From Eledone cirrhosa (Eukaryota): a stretch of 64,000 bases of DNA. Position 1 is the first letter of the stretch. Each line of letters starts with the position of its first letter. This document shows, piece after piece, positions 1 to 12,160 of the stretch. The notes under the pieces are model-generated. The model was not told the DNA's origin. It worked only from the letters and a program-made list of their open reading frames with translations, and ran no database searches. Location: assembly GCA_964016885.1 (NCBI GenBank), contig OZ024740.1, positions 209,374,001 through 209,438,000 of the forward strand. Reading direction: 5' to 3'. The position numbers and the translations under genes were made by a program.

Positions 1-1103
1 CACATCATCATCATCATTGTTTTAGCATCTGTTTTTCTTCATTACTGGCAGATAGTGTGAATTTCCTATTTACTGGCAGTCTTGCCCACACTTGAATATA
101 AAATGTTCATTTAAGCCACCCCTTCAACAGACAGTTTTTTTTTAACTTAAACAATTTCCTTTCAGAATTTCATTGAAATATTTTTCTAATTTTTTCATAG
201 TCTTTTAGGCTTCTCTATGGTCCATAAAAAAAAAGGTTTTCCTCAAATTTTGCCTGGTACTGTTGTTAGTATCCGTTTCTGCTCACCTCAAGGTAGACAC
301 TGAGTTGGAATCTGGGTATTTAGGACCCTAGGCTAGCTCAACAAGGTTAGCATTATTCTCCTTGTTATACACATCATTCTTCCTGTTATCTACCTCATTT
401 TCCCAAATAAAATAATTTCAACTTACACGTAGGCATACATACATGCACAGACACTCATATATATGTTTACAGCACATTCAAAATATGTCCCTCTAGGTAA
501 TTGATAAAGACTCACTTAACCAACCTTCTACAAACACTGACTCTCAGATGTGTTTTTACCTTTCACTACCTTTTCTACTACAAACACAATTCTACTTCTC
601 TGAAATAGCAGTCTACATAACCCCATGTGTTGCATCCCCACTCTTCTTATCTTGTCATGCATGTTGTTTCTCTCCAGTCCGCTGCCAATTTCTCACTAGA
701 CACTGTCAATATCCAGTAGGTTCTCATATTTTTATTGTCTCCATATATCACATGTTTTATATCACAGTATGTTTAATTTGTTTAAAATGTAAACATGTAT
801 TTGTCATTCAATCTAACAGCAACAGCAACAACAGAATGGTAAAGAGAAGGGGTGCCTTGCCTTCTCTTTACATGCAGTAGTAGGGTTGTTAGAGTACCAG
901 ACAAACTGACTTGTGGTATTTGTTCAGGCTCTCTGTGCTCTGAGATCAAACCATGTCAAGGTTCACTTTGTCTTTTATCACCACCTCTATCACCACAACT
1001 GCCATCGCCACCAGTTCAAGATTTTACATTAAAATATTTATATATCATGGTTAACCTGGAGCTAAACTGCAAAAACAACACCTTTTCTAAAAACAAACTG
1101 AGT

Positions 1104-1538
1104 AATAATGGTTTCTGATTTAAGCACAAGGCCAAAAATGTTAACCCTTTAGCATTTACATTACTCTACATTTACTTTTGTATTTTCATGGTAAACACTT
1201 TATTTCACATAACTATCTCATAATATCGAATCTGTAAGATTTTGATATGTATTTTGAGAACAATACCTTAACATAAGTGTGAGCTGCTGGTTACAGTTGG
1301 TTTGAAAAAAAAAGATGAGAAAATTCTGGCTGGATACGACCGGTTTAAATGCTAAAGGGTTAAGGGAGGGGAAAGTCGATTAAATCAACTCCGGTGCATT
1401 ACTGGTGCGCCATTTTTATCGACCCCGTAAGGATGAAAGGCAAAGCTAACCTTGGCGGGATTTGAACCCAGGACGTAAAGGGCCGCTACTCTATGCTACA
1501 CATGTTGTCCAGTGCCCAACTGATACTGCCAATCCACC
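1104..1538 (-). mobile_element. tRNA-derived SINE family A (Deu/Nin-domain-like), interrupted by a piggyBac MITE
   Basis: Reverse complement of head GGTGGATTGG..GGGTTCAAATCCCGCC, then GCCTTTCATCCTTACGGGGTCGATAAAA (resembles the Deu/Nin core), then a GGCCTTGTGC..AGAAACCATTATT tail; MITE sits at 1141-1363. Confidence 0.85.
1141..1363 (+). mobile_element. piggyBac-type MITE family 1 (~215 bp)
   Basis: TTAA TSD at both ends; TIR CCCTTTAGCATTTA / TAAATGCTAAAGGG; five more copies in the window. Confidence 0.9.
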
Positions 1539-1570
1539 AATGATTGGTTAAAAGGGAATACATAGAGGAT

Positions 1571-1812
1571 TCAACCTTTTTTGATACCAATCCACCCAAA
1601 ACCACCTCTGGTTTTATTAAACAAAACCACCCATTTTAAAGGGTTTCTATATAAATTAAAACCTTTCAACACAATTTTACTTTTGTTAAATTAGATTATA
1701 AATATTGTCTTAATCATGAAATAATTAATAATTTTAGGAATCCCTCCTAATTCTTTAATAACTAATTCAAATACAGTGTATTTCATTAGAAATTTGGTAA
1801 TGAAAGGGTTAA
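1571..1812 (+). mobile_element. piggyBac-type MITE family 2 (degenerate)
   Basis: Ends tcaaCCTTTT... and ...GAAAGGGttaa; an inverted homolog lies at 17860-18083. Confidence 0.6.
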
Positions 1813-2026
1813 TCTATGCTCAATTTATTACTGGATAGAGTGGACTCTTTAATTTTGTCAAGGACATGAAAATATCTAATGCTGGTGTACCTAGTAAACT
1901 TAGTCAATTGGTTGACATGACAATCAAATGATGACAATATAGGGTAGAGAGGACTCTTTAGTTTTGTCAAACAAATGACAACTTCTCAAATGCTGGTGCT
2001 ATGATAAAATGCTTCCAGTACACTCT

Positions 2027-2255
2027 TTAACCCTTTAACATTTACATTACTCTATATATACTATTGTATTTTTGTGGTAAAGACTTTATATTACATAATT
2101 ATCTGATATGATATCGAATTTATAAGATTTTGACATTATTTATTTTGAGAACAATACTTCAACATCAGTATAAGTGGCCAGTTACAGCCGGTTTCAACAG
2201 AAAGAGGTGAGAGAATTCTGGTTGGATATGGTTGGTTTAAATGCTAAAGGGTTAG
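2027..2255 (+). mobile_element. piggyBac-type MITE family 1, inserted in an RTE-tail-type repeat
   Basis: TTAA/TTAG flanks; same TIRs and internal sequence as 1141-1363. Confidence 0.85.
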
Positions 2256-2659
2256 TTGTTGGTATGAGAAAGAACATTCAGGTGTAGAAACCATGCCAAC
2301 ATTTGGAACACATAAGTATGATGCAATCCCTCAAGCTGTCTAGGTGGGCAGTTATTTTAAGTAATAACTGCCTTGGACCATTGACAAACACATCCAACCC
2401 ATGCCACCAATGATGATAATGACTTGTTATTCTTTTTCTTTTAATTAGTTTCCCAAAAGTAGGAAAAGCAAAGTGGGATTTGAAATTAAAACTGTATACA
2501 AGGACATATATAACTACTAATTCTGCCATTCACTGCCTTTCAACTTCAATAATAGCAACAAACATAATTTTCTCTTTGAACACGTAACTCCCGAAGGAGT
2601 CGTAGGGGTGTTGTATTGACATAGAGCATTTCTAGGGCAGAGTCCATCTCCTCTCCAGA

Positions 2660-3130
2660 ACAGCTATAATACTGGGGTGAATAAAATAAAGTAGTAGTCA
2701 TGTACTGAGGTTAACTTAATCAACTGACCTATTTCCCCAAATAGGTGACCTTCTGCAAAATAAAGTACCAATCAAGGACTGGCATTGATATAGTCAACTG
2801 ACCTCTCCTCCTAAATCTCTGGCATTGTGCCTACGTTAGAAACTATTAAGTACTGACGTTAATTTAATCAACTAATCCCTTCCTCGAAATTGTTGGCTCT
2901 GTGCCTAAATTGGAAACCATTGTCCAACAGAGGTCAACTTTGCCTTCTGGAGTCAATAGAATAAAGTACCAGTCACACACTGAGGTTGATTTAATCGACT
3001 TTCCCCTCCCCTCAAATTGCTGGCATTGTACCTATCTCAGAAACCATACGAGGTCGATAAAATAAAGTACCAGTAATGCAATGGGATAATTGCTGGCCTT
3101 GTGCCAAAAGTAGAAACCCTTATTATTATT
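2660..3130 (+). mobile_element. Cluster of 5'-truncated SINE-A 3' halves
   Basis: Repeated AATAAAGTACCAG...GGCCTTGTGCC..AGAAACC segments in tandem. Confidence 0.7.
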
Positions 3131-3939
3131 CTCATTATATTTACCTTTGATTTCACTTTATGTGCAATTACTACCAAGTATCAACCAGATATTTAGGGCA
3201 GACATCTTTGGTTTTGACAGTTTTTAATAGGCTTCTTTTCTGTTCCATCCTCACATTCACTTCACAAGTCACATCACAATATTTGATAGGTAAATAAGTT
3301 TTAAAAACAAGGAGAAAATATAAAAAGGTAGGAGTAGGAGGAGATAAAAAGAAGTATTAAGGAGTATAAAAGATAGGAATTGATTTTGCATTAAAGATAC
3401 TAGCAGAAAAACCACCCCTCGGGTGGTTTTCTGCTAGTATGTGTAGTGTGTATATTGATATCATATGCAGGTATATATACATGTAGATATGATACATCAA
3501 ATAAAATCGTAATTGACAATATCCACAGAAATTGAACGAAGACTGTGTTACACTCTCTTATGTAATCAGTAACGTAATCCATGATACATTAAAAAAAAAA
3601 AGACGATATTATATATATAAACTGCATTAGGAGAAAATTAGTATGTTTATTTAAGCGAGGGCCAGCCGGAAGTGTTGACATTTCAGAAATTTTAAAGAAG
3701 GGAATTTTTAAATAATCAAAATATATTTAATCAACAGCCACGAAATTTAGTAGATAAATTATGTAATATTTATTCATTATTTATTCAAAGCAATCCAACT
3801 TATTTTACAAACGGGATAACAAAAAAATAAACCGTACGCAATCCCGCAGACCTTCCTTTATTATAGTTTAGATTTGGATGGTATTAGATATTGATTAAAT
3901 TTGCTCTAAAAATTAAACAGAAAAGATTGTGTTGACATA

Positions 3940-5170
3940 TTTTACAAAAACAAAAATTTATGAAATATGAAGGCGATACTTGTTAGAATTATCTTTTGGA
4001 TTTCATAGATGCTAGGTTTACCAGGTATGTTTTCTAGAAACTTTTGAACACCTTTCTTTATGACACCTAGAGCTCCTATCATTACCAGAATAGTTTGGGT
4101 TTTAAGGTGCCACATTCTGTGTATCTCATTTAGCAAGTTTCTCATACTCTTTTGCTGACACATTTTTATCAAACGGTACAGTCATGTCAATGAGTAAGCA
4201 GCTTTTTAAGTCTTTAATAATAACACCAGGGCGGTTTGCATTAATAGTACAATCTGTGTGAATGGTAAAGTCTCAAAGGATTGTTTCTCTTTTAATCTCA
4301 GTAACTGGTTGTGGTTTGTGTTCATAGCAGTTTTCTGCATGTTCTACATTGTATTTTTTGCATATTAACCAGTGGATATATTGTCCAACCCTGTTATGTC
4401 TAATCTTATATTCAGTTGGTGCTAGTGTGGGACAACCTGATATTATATGGTCAATTGTTTGAAGCTGTACATCACATATCCTTCATTTGGGGGCTGCTCC
4501 ATTTCTGAGAATATTTGCCTGATAATTCCTAGTAAAGAGGCTCTCTGGAAAGAGAGCAAGGCAACAAAGAAGAGGGGAGAGAGGTTGTCTTGGAATATTC
4601 CACGATTAATTTGTATTTTATCTGACTTTATGACTCCTTTGTTATGATTTAAAAAGAGGGTTGTACTCCATTTTGTCATGCCAACTCATAAAAAGTTAGA
4701 CATTAATGGAGGATATTTTGTAAATTTCTAGGGCTTCCAATATTTATTCATGTGATACACTGTCACAAGCTTTTCTGTAATCAATCGAAGCAGTGCTTAG
4801 ATTTTTCTTTTAGGACCAACAATTTTCTAGAATCATCTTATTAATTAATAGTTGATCTTTTCACCCATATGAGTTCCACTTTCCTCATTTTTGTTCTTGT
4901 AGAATGATTTCATTTTCATCAATTTATTTGTATATCAACTCAATATAAATGTCAGTGTTTTATAAGTTGTAGTGAGACAAGTTATTGGCCTATAGTTTTT
5001 TTGTCTCAGCTGTTTTGGGGAGAAGGTGTGTTGTGTCTTCTGTTGACCATTTCTGGGTTTCATTCGGATTTTGTATTATAGGTGTAATTTCACTAGCAAG
5101 TTCTTTAATGCATCTCTGTAAGTTCCATTTATGGGCTTTATTAAGTGCCAGCCTTAGCTCTCACAGCTCT
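3940..5170 (-). mobile_element. Decayed R4/Dong-like non-LTR retrotransposon (RT fragment, CCHC knuckle, RLE endonuclease)
   Basis: Minus-strand peptides IQINRGIFQDNLSPLFFVAL (RT), TIDHIISGCPTLAPTEYKIRHNRVGQYIHW (knuckle region), NRPGVIIKDLKSCLLIDMTVP (PD..D-like) and MWHLKTQTILVMIGALGVIKKG...IQKIIL (typical C-terminus); stops and frameshifts. Confidence 0.85.
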
Positions 5171-5171
5171 A

Positions 5172-5975
5172 TTTCTTACCATTCCGGAACATGCTTAGTG
5201 GCATAGAGTTATGGCTCTTTACGTTCTGAGTTCAAATCCTGCTGAGGTTAGCTTTGCCTTTCATCCATACGGGATTGATAAAATAAACCGCTAGTAATGC
5301 ACTGGGTTTGATTTAATCGACTTTCTCCTCCCACAAGATTGCTGGCCTTGTGCCTATATAAGAAACCATTATTATTGCGGTGGATTGGCATTATAGGTAG
5401 AGGGTTGGACACCATGCTTTCCAGCATAGTTACGTCCCTTTACGATCTGAATTCAAATCCCGCCGAGGTTAACTTTGCCTTTCATCCTTACGGGGTCGAT
5501 AAAATAAAGTACCAGTAATGTACTGGGTAATTGCTGGCCTTGTGCCTAAAATAGAAACAATTATTATTATCAGCATCGGGGTGGTGGATTGGCAGTATTA
5601 GTAGAACGTCAGACAACATGCTTCACAGCATAGAGTTATGCCCCTTTACGTTTTGAGTTCAAATTCCACTGAAGTTAGCTTTGCCTTTCATCCTAACGGG
5701 GTCAATAAAATAAAATACCAGTTAAGTACTGGGATTGAAATAAAATAATCTCCTGCCCCTTCCCCCAAATTACAAGCCTTATTCCTAAAGTAGAAATCAT
5801 TATTGTGATGATATTACGGTCTGAGTTCAAATCCCGCCAAGGTTAACTTTGCCTTTCACCCTTACAGGGTCGATAAAATAAAGTACCAGTAATGCACTGG
5901 GGATGATTTAATCGACTTTCCCCTCCCCTTAAAAAAATTGCTGGCCTTGTGCTTATACTAGAAACAATTATTATT
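5172..5975 (+). mobile_element. Head-to-tail cluster of about 4 SINE-A copies
   Basis: Repeated GAGTTCAAATCC B-box, Deu/Nin-like core and (ATT)n tail. Confidence 0.85.
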
Positions 5976-6274
5976 GTGATGATAATGATATTTATGATAT
6001 TGACAATGATGATATTGATGGTGATGATGACGATGATGATATTGATGGTGATGATGATATCAATTCATTTTCAATGGTTTTTGCACAATTCTTTGCTAAG
6101 GCAGTCATCCAGTGTTTATTATTGCAACCCAAGGTCACATCAGAGAGAAATAGGCCAATGGCTAAGGGAGTGCCAAATTGTTATAGTTGAAGTTTTATTA
6201 TTATTCAACAAGATATTGCCAGACTACAAAACCAAAGAAGGTGGGAAGGATAGGATTTGTGAATTGTCTGATTA

Positions 6275-6595
6275 TGTCTTTCTTTTCTTCCTTTCTCTTT
6301 TCCTCTCTCTCTCTTTCTCTTTTCCTCTCTTAGTCTCCCCCCTCTCTCAGTTTCTCTTTCTCCCCAACTCTCTCTGTTTCTCCCCCCCCAACTCTCTCTG
6401 TTCCCCCCCCCCCCAACTCTCTCTGTTTCTCTCTCCCCAACTCTCTCAGTTTCTCTCTCTCTCTCCATCTCTATCTCAGTTTCTCTCTCCCTATCTCTAT
6501 CTCAGTTTCTATCTCAGCCTCTCTCTCTTAGGCCACTCTCTCTCCCTCCCCCAGTCTCTCCCCCTCTGTCTCACTCCCAGTCCCATTCTCCTTTT
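6275..6595. repeat. CT-rich low-complexity tract
   Basis: (CT)n with CCCCAACTCTCTC subunits. Confidence 0.85.
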
Positions 6596-8176
6596 GAATT
6601 TTGTTTTTATATGAAAATTACAATATCATATAATATGTTTCCCAGAGACAAGGAAATGGCAAACAGAAAAGAAAGCGCTAAATATAGAATTTATAATAAA
6701 AGTTTAGAAGGTTTCCTAGAATCTGAACAAATGTATAAGTTATTCGTAAATTTACCTGGTCTTTCAAAAATATGAATAATTGAAAACGACATCAATAAGA
6801 GAAGTATTGTTATAGGTGTTCATCCTGAACAAATAAAATTGCCCCAAATACTTCATATATTTTTCATTTGTGAGAGTGAGTACACCTGTAAGTTTTAGAG
6901 GTTAAAAGCTTCTCATGAACTGAATTAGATAGATTTTATGGCATTTTAACTATATACGACTGATAGTATCTCAGCACATGGATAAAATAAGCTTGACCTT
7001 GTTTTTCTAGCTCTAAAGACTAAACTACAGCCATCACTCGCAATTGAGTATGACTTAGTAGTATGTACCTCACTTTTGCTAAGAGTTTTAAGTGTCCTGG
7101 TATTTACAAGCAGACACAGACACCTGCTTAGCCCCTCACCTCCTTTGATCCAGCAGGATATCCAGGATGCACCAGCTGGAAACAATGAGGACTGCACCAG
7201 CACTGGGATACTACTTTCTTTATGAACCCCAAAGGGATGAAAGGCAAAGATGACCTTGGTGAGATTTGAACTCGGAATGCTTAGAAGCAAAACATACACA
7301 CAATCCTCTAATGACTTTGCAAAATCAACTGCCTGTCTGTCTAGCTTTAAAGATGAACAAATATATTGGAAGCTTCTGTAAGTTTAAGCCTTCCTTTTAG
7401 CTGAAAAATGAGTATAATTCATGAAGTAAAAATACAGTGTATTACTGGTACTTCTTGAATAAATGATGGCAGCAAATATACAGAGTTGTTAGTGTTGAAA
7501 TCTAGAATGCTTGGCTTAAATCTTGCCACGGTTAACTTTATCCATTTATTCTTTGGAGTTGAATAAATAAAGTTCTGAATTCAATTTCCAGACTGGGTGA
7601 TGTGTTGTGTCCTTAAGCACAGCACTTCACATTGCATTGCCTTAGATCACTCAGCTGTAAATGAGTACCAGCACTTGCAATTCAGGTCAGTAGATTGGTG
7701 GAATTTTTAGGTCATTAGAGAAGAGACTTTGTAGTATCTGTAGCAGTTTGTTGTGCTCTGATGGTAATTCCTGCAGTTACAATAGTGCCTGGTTGTATCG
7801 GTCTTACCTTTCCCTTGGACAATTTGGTGGCATGGAGTGGACAGGCTTGCATACATCGGCAACTATTTGTCTTCCATAAAACAAAAATCATTGCTCAGGA
7901 TGGTCATGGTTTGAACGTCTTTGATTATAGGTTTGCTTGAGGAATGCTAATCTTGAGTTAACCAACAACAAAAATGACTAATGCTTATTTTCTCAACTTT
8001 TAGGAAACCTGAACAAATGGAGGAATCTTGATGTGGTTGCTTAACTTTCTAGAAATAACCAAATCTTCCTCAAATCACAGAAAGATAACACGTGAAGGAA
8101 TGTGGGCTAGTGGTTAGTGTTAGGCTTACAATCAGAAGGTCCTGGATTCAATTTCCAAGCTTGGTGATGTGATCTG

Positions 8177-8328
8177 TCGTATTTCCTGGCATCGAAGACG
8201 CTACTTTTTATCCTAAAATAAGTCTCAAAAATCTACTATGCATCCTAGAGTCCGAAAGTTGTTTATTATTTTTATTAAAAAATTTTGGTTGTCAAAAGTA
8301 GGGTGTGTCCTTGGCGCCGGTAAATACT
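8177..8328. mobile_element. Tc1/mariner (Tc2-like) MITE inserted in a SINE-B copy
   Basis: Imperfect TIRs CGTATTTCCTGGCATCGAAGACGC / GTGTCCTTGGCGCCGGTAAATAC; SINE-B head at ~8095-8175 resumes after 8330. Confidence 0.6.
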
Positions 8329-9050
8329 TCATTTTACATTGCTCTAGTTTTATCAGCTAGAAATGAACAGCAGCAGCAGCAAGGGGTTAGTTCTATCACA
8401 AATAAGTCTTATACCCTCAGTTACTTTGCCCATCAAACTGGGATAAGCTCCATGCTTCATCCAAACAGTGCAAAGCATGGAAAAATGGACATAAAATGAT
8501 AACTCCAACTCTAATGTAGCCATATTAGCCTATTTTTGATGAAGAATGCTGACAACATTGATAGTATTGGATGAAAAGTTACTTTCATGTTTCACTATTT
8601 AGCTAGGGAGACATGAGCAGTGCTCATAACTTTTTTGTCAAGGCCTCCGAGATTGTATGGGAAGGAGGACTATATACTCAAACTAGAAACCTAGTTTGAA
8701 TCTTTACAAGGGTGAACTTCACTAAAAGCCCCAAAAGCCAGTTGGTAGTGTTAAACCAACCAAAGCATTATGCCTGCCCCAAATAGACCTCAGTGGGATT
8801 TCAAAGAGCCAGAACTAATACTGCAAAGCATTTCATCCAATGCTCTAACAATTCTGGCAATCCACCACTCTAGACTGCTACTTTATTTTATCAACCCTTG
8901 AATGATGAAAGTTGAAGTTGACCTCAATGGGGTTTGAACTCTAAATACAAAGACCCCCGACTATATACTGCAAGTCATTTTGTCCTAAATAAATTCAAGT
9001 AAAGTAGAGAGTTATGAATTTTATTGAGGAGCACAGCAACACAATAGCTG

Positions 9051-9249
9051 TACAAGAGTCAGCTGTAAAGTTCATAGACCAACCGAGATACTCTCATAGA
9101 ATGACCAAATGAGGTTTATTTTTTAACATAGTCTCTGGAAAGAAGCAATGCAGTTATTAATAAGAGTTGAAATTAATGCATGCAAGATTTCACAGTTCTA
9201 GCATCAATCCTTCATAGTCAGCCTATGAACTTTTCAGTTGACCCTCATA
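9051..9249. mobile_element. Mariner-type MITE
   Basis: TA TSDs; TIRs CAAGAGTCAGCTGTAAAGTTCATAG / CTATGAACTTTTCAGTTGACCCTCA; a homolog starts at 63897. Confidence 0.75.
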
Positions 9250-9662
9250 GTAAGATCTCAACTTATGAACCATGTTGTCAATACATGCAACACTTTAACT
9301 TCACTGTCCTTGTGTATCTGTATGTGTGTGTAAGCCAGTCTTACACTCTGCTACTGAACACCCATGAAAATGGGATAAGATCTGGGCTTCATTCAACCAG
9401 CTCAAAGCATAGAAAAATGGACACTGTGATTGTATGAGTGTGTGTGTGTCTGTTTGTGTGTGTGTGTGTATGTGTGCTTCTGTATGGAAGAGATGTGGTG
9501 TACATGTGAGGACTATCATACAACACTGCAAGTAAAGAAAACTATCAAACAGCATTATCTTCTCTGCTCAGTAATCAAAGCTACTCTTATTCATTACTGT
9601 AGATACTGAATCACAGTCAGACCACACTTACACAATGAGTCTCTCTCTGAATATATATATAT

Positions 9663-9940
9663 ATACAAATTAATATAAATTAATATATGATAAACACTAA
9701 TACAATTATATAAGTGTTTGTATTGCAAATGACCAAAACACTAATACAATTATATAAGTGTTTGTACTGCAAATGACCAAGTTAGCTAGCTAACTTGGTC
9801 ATTTGCAATACAAACACTTATATAATTGTATTAGTGTTTATCATATATTAATTTATATTAATTTGTATTTCACGGCTCAGAAATATCTCTTTCTTTGAGC
9901 TATTTAATTGTAAAAGACTGTTTGAGTTTATAACTCTATA
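9663..9940 (+). mobile_element. Fold-back element in (TA)n (probable Penelope-like terminal fragment)
   Basis: Spacer-less palindrome centred 9787/9788, right arm to 9868, ~45-bp duplication in the left arm, unique tail 9869-9940. Confidence 0.65.
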
Positions 9941-10094
9941 TATAGTATATATATATATATTCATTTTATTAAGGCTAAATAGTGAGTCTTGTTACACTGG
10001 AGTTTCACCTGTTTATTATCACATACTAAAACTCTACACTAGTATTGAGTACTCTCAGCCGTCAGATATATGTATGTATATATATATAGCACCA

Positions 10095-10119
<25 letters not shown>

Positions 10120-10125
<6 letters not shown>

Positions 10126-10490
10126 CATAAATCATGTCCTTAGAATTATTAGATAAAATATATACCATTTCCTCTCCCAATTAGCATAATTAACCATATA
10201 AAAAATCGACCAAGCTATAAGAATAAAGGCTCCTTTGATCCTATGAAGAAATCTCCGACAAATAACCGAAAGCGGCCTCTTCGTGGTGGCCCCGATACAG
10301 TATCTCAAAGGAGCCTTTATTCTTATAGCTTGGTCTAATTGATTTTTTAGATGGTTAATTATGCTAATTGGGAGAGGAAATGGTATATATTTTATCTAAT
10401 AATTCTAAGGACATGATTTATGATATATTGCTCTGATTATTTAATTTATTAATTCTTCATTGAGCCACAACGTGACCAGTTGCAAAACAT
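10120..10490 (+). mobile_element. Fold-back element in (TA)n (probable Penelope-like terminal fragment)
   Basis: Inverted arms 10120-10238 and 10305-10428; 66-nt spacer containing CCGAAAGCGGCCTC; unique tail. Confidence 0.65.
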
Positions 10491-10936
10491 ATATATCTAT
10501 GACTTTATGTATATGTAAATCTTTATATATATATATATATACAATATTGCATATTCACCCATAAGTTTGAAAAATCCTTAATATATTTCCACTATCCAGA
10601 GAATATCCAACCGATAAGGTATGATTTTCATGGGTATGTCTCTATTTATAAAACAAACTTTGTATTTTATCTGAGGAAAGCATACCAATGTGTCTTGGTA
10701 CCCTTGAAATATATATAATAAAATAAATATGGTTTCCATTTATTTACTCCACTAATTTGTTGAGTGCTCTAAATCAGTTATAAATATTTATATTTGTCGG
10801 ACTTCCAACAAATTAAATACTCCTTCTACTTATATATATATATACAGTATATATATATATATGCGTATATACATACATGCATAAATACATACATAAATAC
10901 ATTCATCCACACACACACACACGCACACGCACACGC

Positions 10937-10980
<44 letters not shown>

Positions 10981-11304
10981 TACAATGTTACTGTTATCAG
11001 AGACAAAATTCCTATTCTAATACACTTCCTATATGGATGCTATTTCGAGGAAATACTTGCAATTTCTGTTGAAATTATTGGACATTCTAACTGGCTTTTC
11101 TCACACAAACATGGGTGTGTGTGTGTCTGTGTTTTTATATATATAAATAATACATACACACCGTTGTTTGTAATATGTGTATGTGTGCCACGTTCATGTC
11201 TACCTGTGTGTGTGTGTGTGCATACATTAAAAGATTGAGGCAATTAACAAAGGAGATGGAGCTCAGAGAAGTTGCAGCTTAAATGATAATGATATAGACT
11301 TCTA

Positions 11305-11445
11305 TGAGAGAAAGAGAGAATGTGAGAAAGATTATGTAAGAGACAGTGAGAGAGAGGGGGAGAGAGATAGGGAATGTGTGAGGGAGAATATGTAAGTGAG
11401 AGAGAGTGTGTGTGTGTGTGTGAGAGAGTGCATGTGTGTGTATGA

Positions 11446-11477
<32 letters not shown>

Positions 11478-11710
11478 TAGGGAGTGTGTGAGGGAGAATA
11501 TGTAAGTGAGAGAGAGAGAGAGTGTGTGTGTGTGTGAGAGACTGCATGTGTGTGTGTGTGCGAGAGATAGGGAATGTGTGAGGGAGAGTGTGTGAGAGAG
11601 AGTTAGTAAGTAAGAGAGAGTGTGTGAGAGAGAGTACGTGAGAGAGAGTACATGTGTGAGTGAGAGAGACTGAATGTGTGTGTGTGTTTGTGAGAGAAAG
11701 AGAGATAAAT
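11305..11710. repeat. (GA)n/(GT)n compound microsatellite with higher-order unit
   Basis: Recurrent GAGATAGGGAATGTGTGAGGGAGAATATGTAAGTGAG units. Confidence 0.85.
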
Positions 11711-11861
11711 AATGAGAAAGAATGGACTGCAGTTTTCGACTATCAGACTTTCTAATGCTACATATAATGAATGATACAGGTTCCTTTAAATTGTTGTTTT
11801 TATTGTTGTTTATGTACTGAGAATTATTAAATATTTAATAATTATTGTTAGCTTTCAAATT

Positions 11862-12160
11862 TGGCTTGTGTAGTTAAGCTGCCTGTTTCATAACCATGTG
11901 GTTTGGGGCTTAGTTCCATTGCATGACATCTAGGGCAAGTGAGTTCTACTATAGCCTTGAGATGACCAATGCCTTGTGAGTGAAATTTGATAAACAGAAA
12001 CTGTGCAGAAGTCTACTGTAAATATTTATGTGTCCTCATGTCTGTGCTTGTTTATATCTCATAACTTAGCAGTTTGACAAAAAGAAATTGGTACAATATA
12101 TGCCAGTCTTGAAAGAAATCAGTACAGATCAACTAAAACCCCTTTAAGACATTGCCCCAA
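11862..12160 (+). mobile_element. tRNA-derived SINE family C (CORE-like)
   Basis: tRNA-like head, then GGGCAAGTG..TTCTACTATAGCC..GCCTTGTGAGTG..GAAACTG; homologs at 15541, 23645 and 55075. Confidence 0.65.

Noticed and set aside
6656-6895. Short coding-looking stretch MANRKESAKYRIYNKSLEGF..
   Set aside because: In-frame stop after 39 codons and no recognisable family motif.
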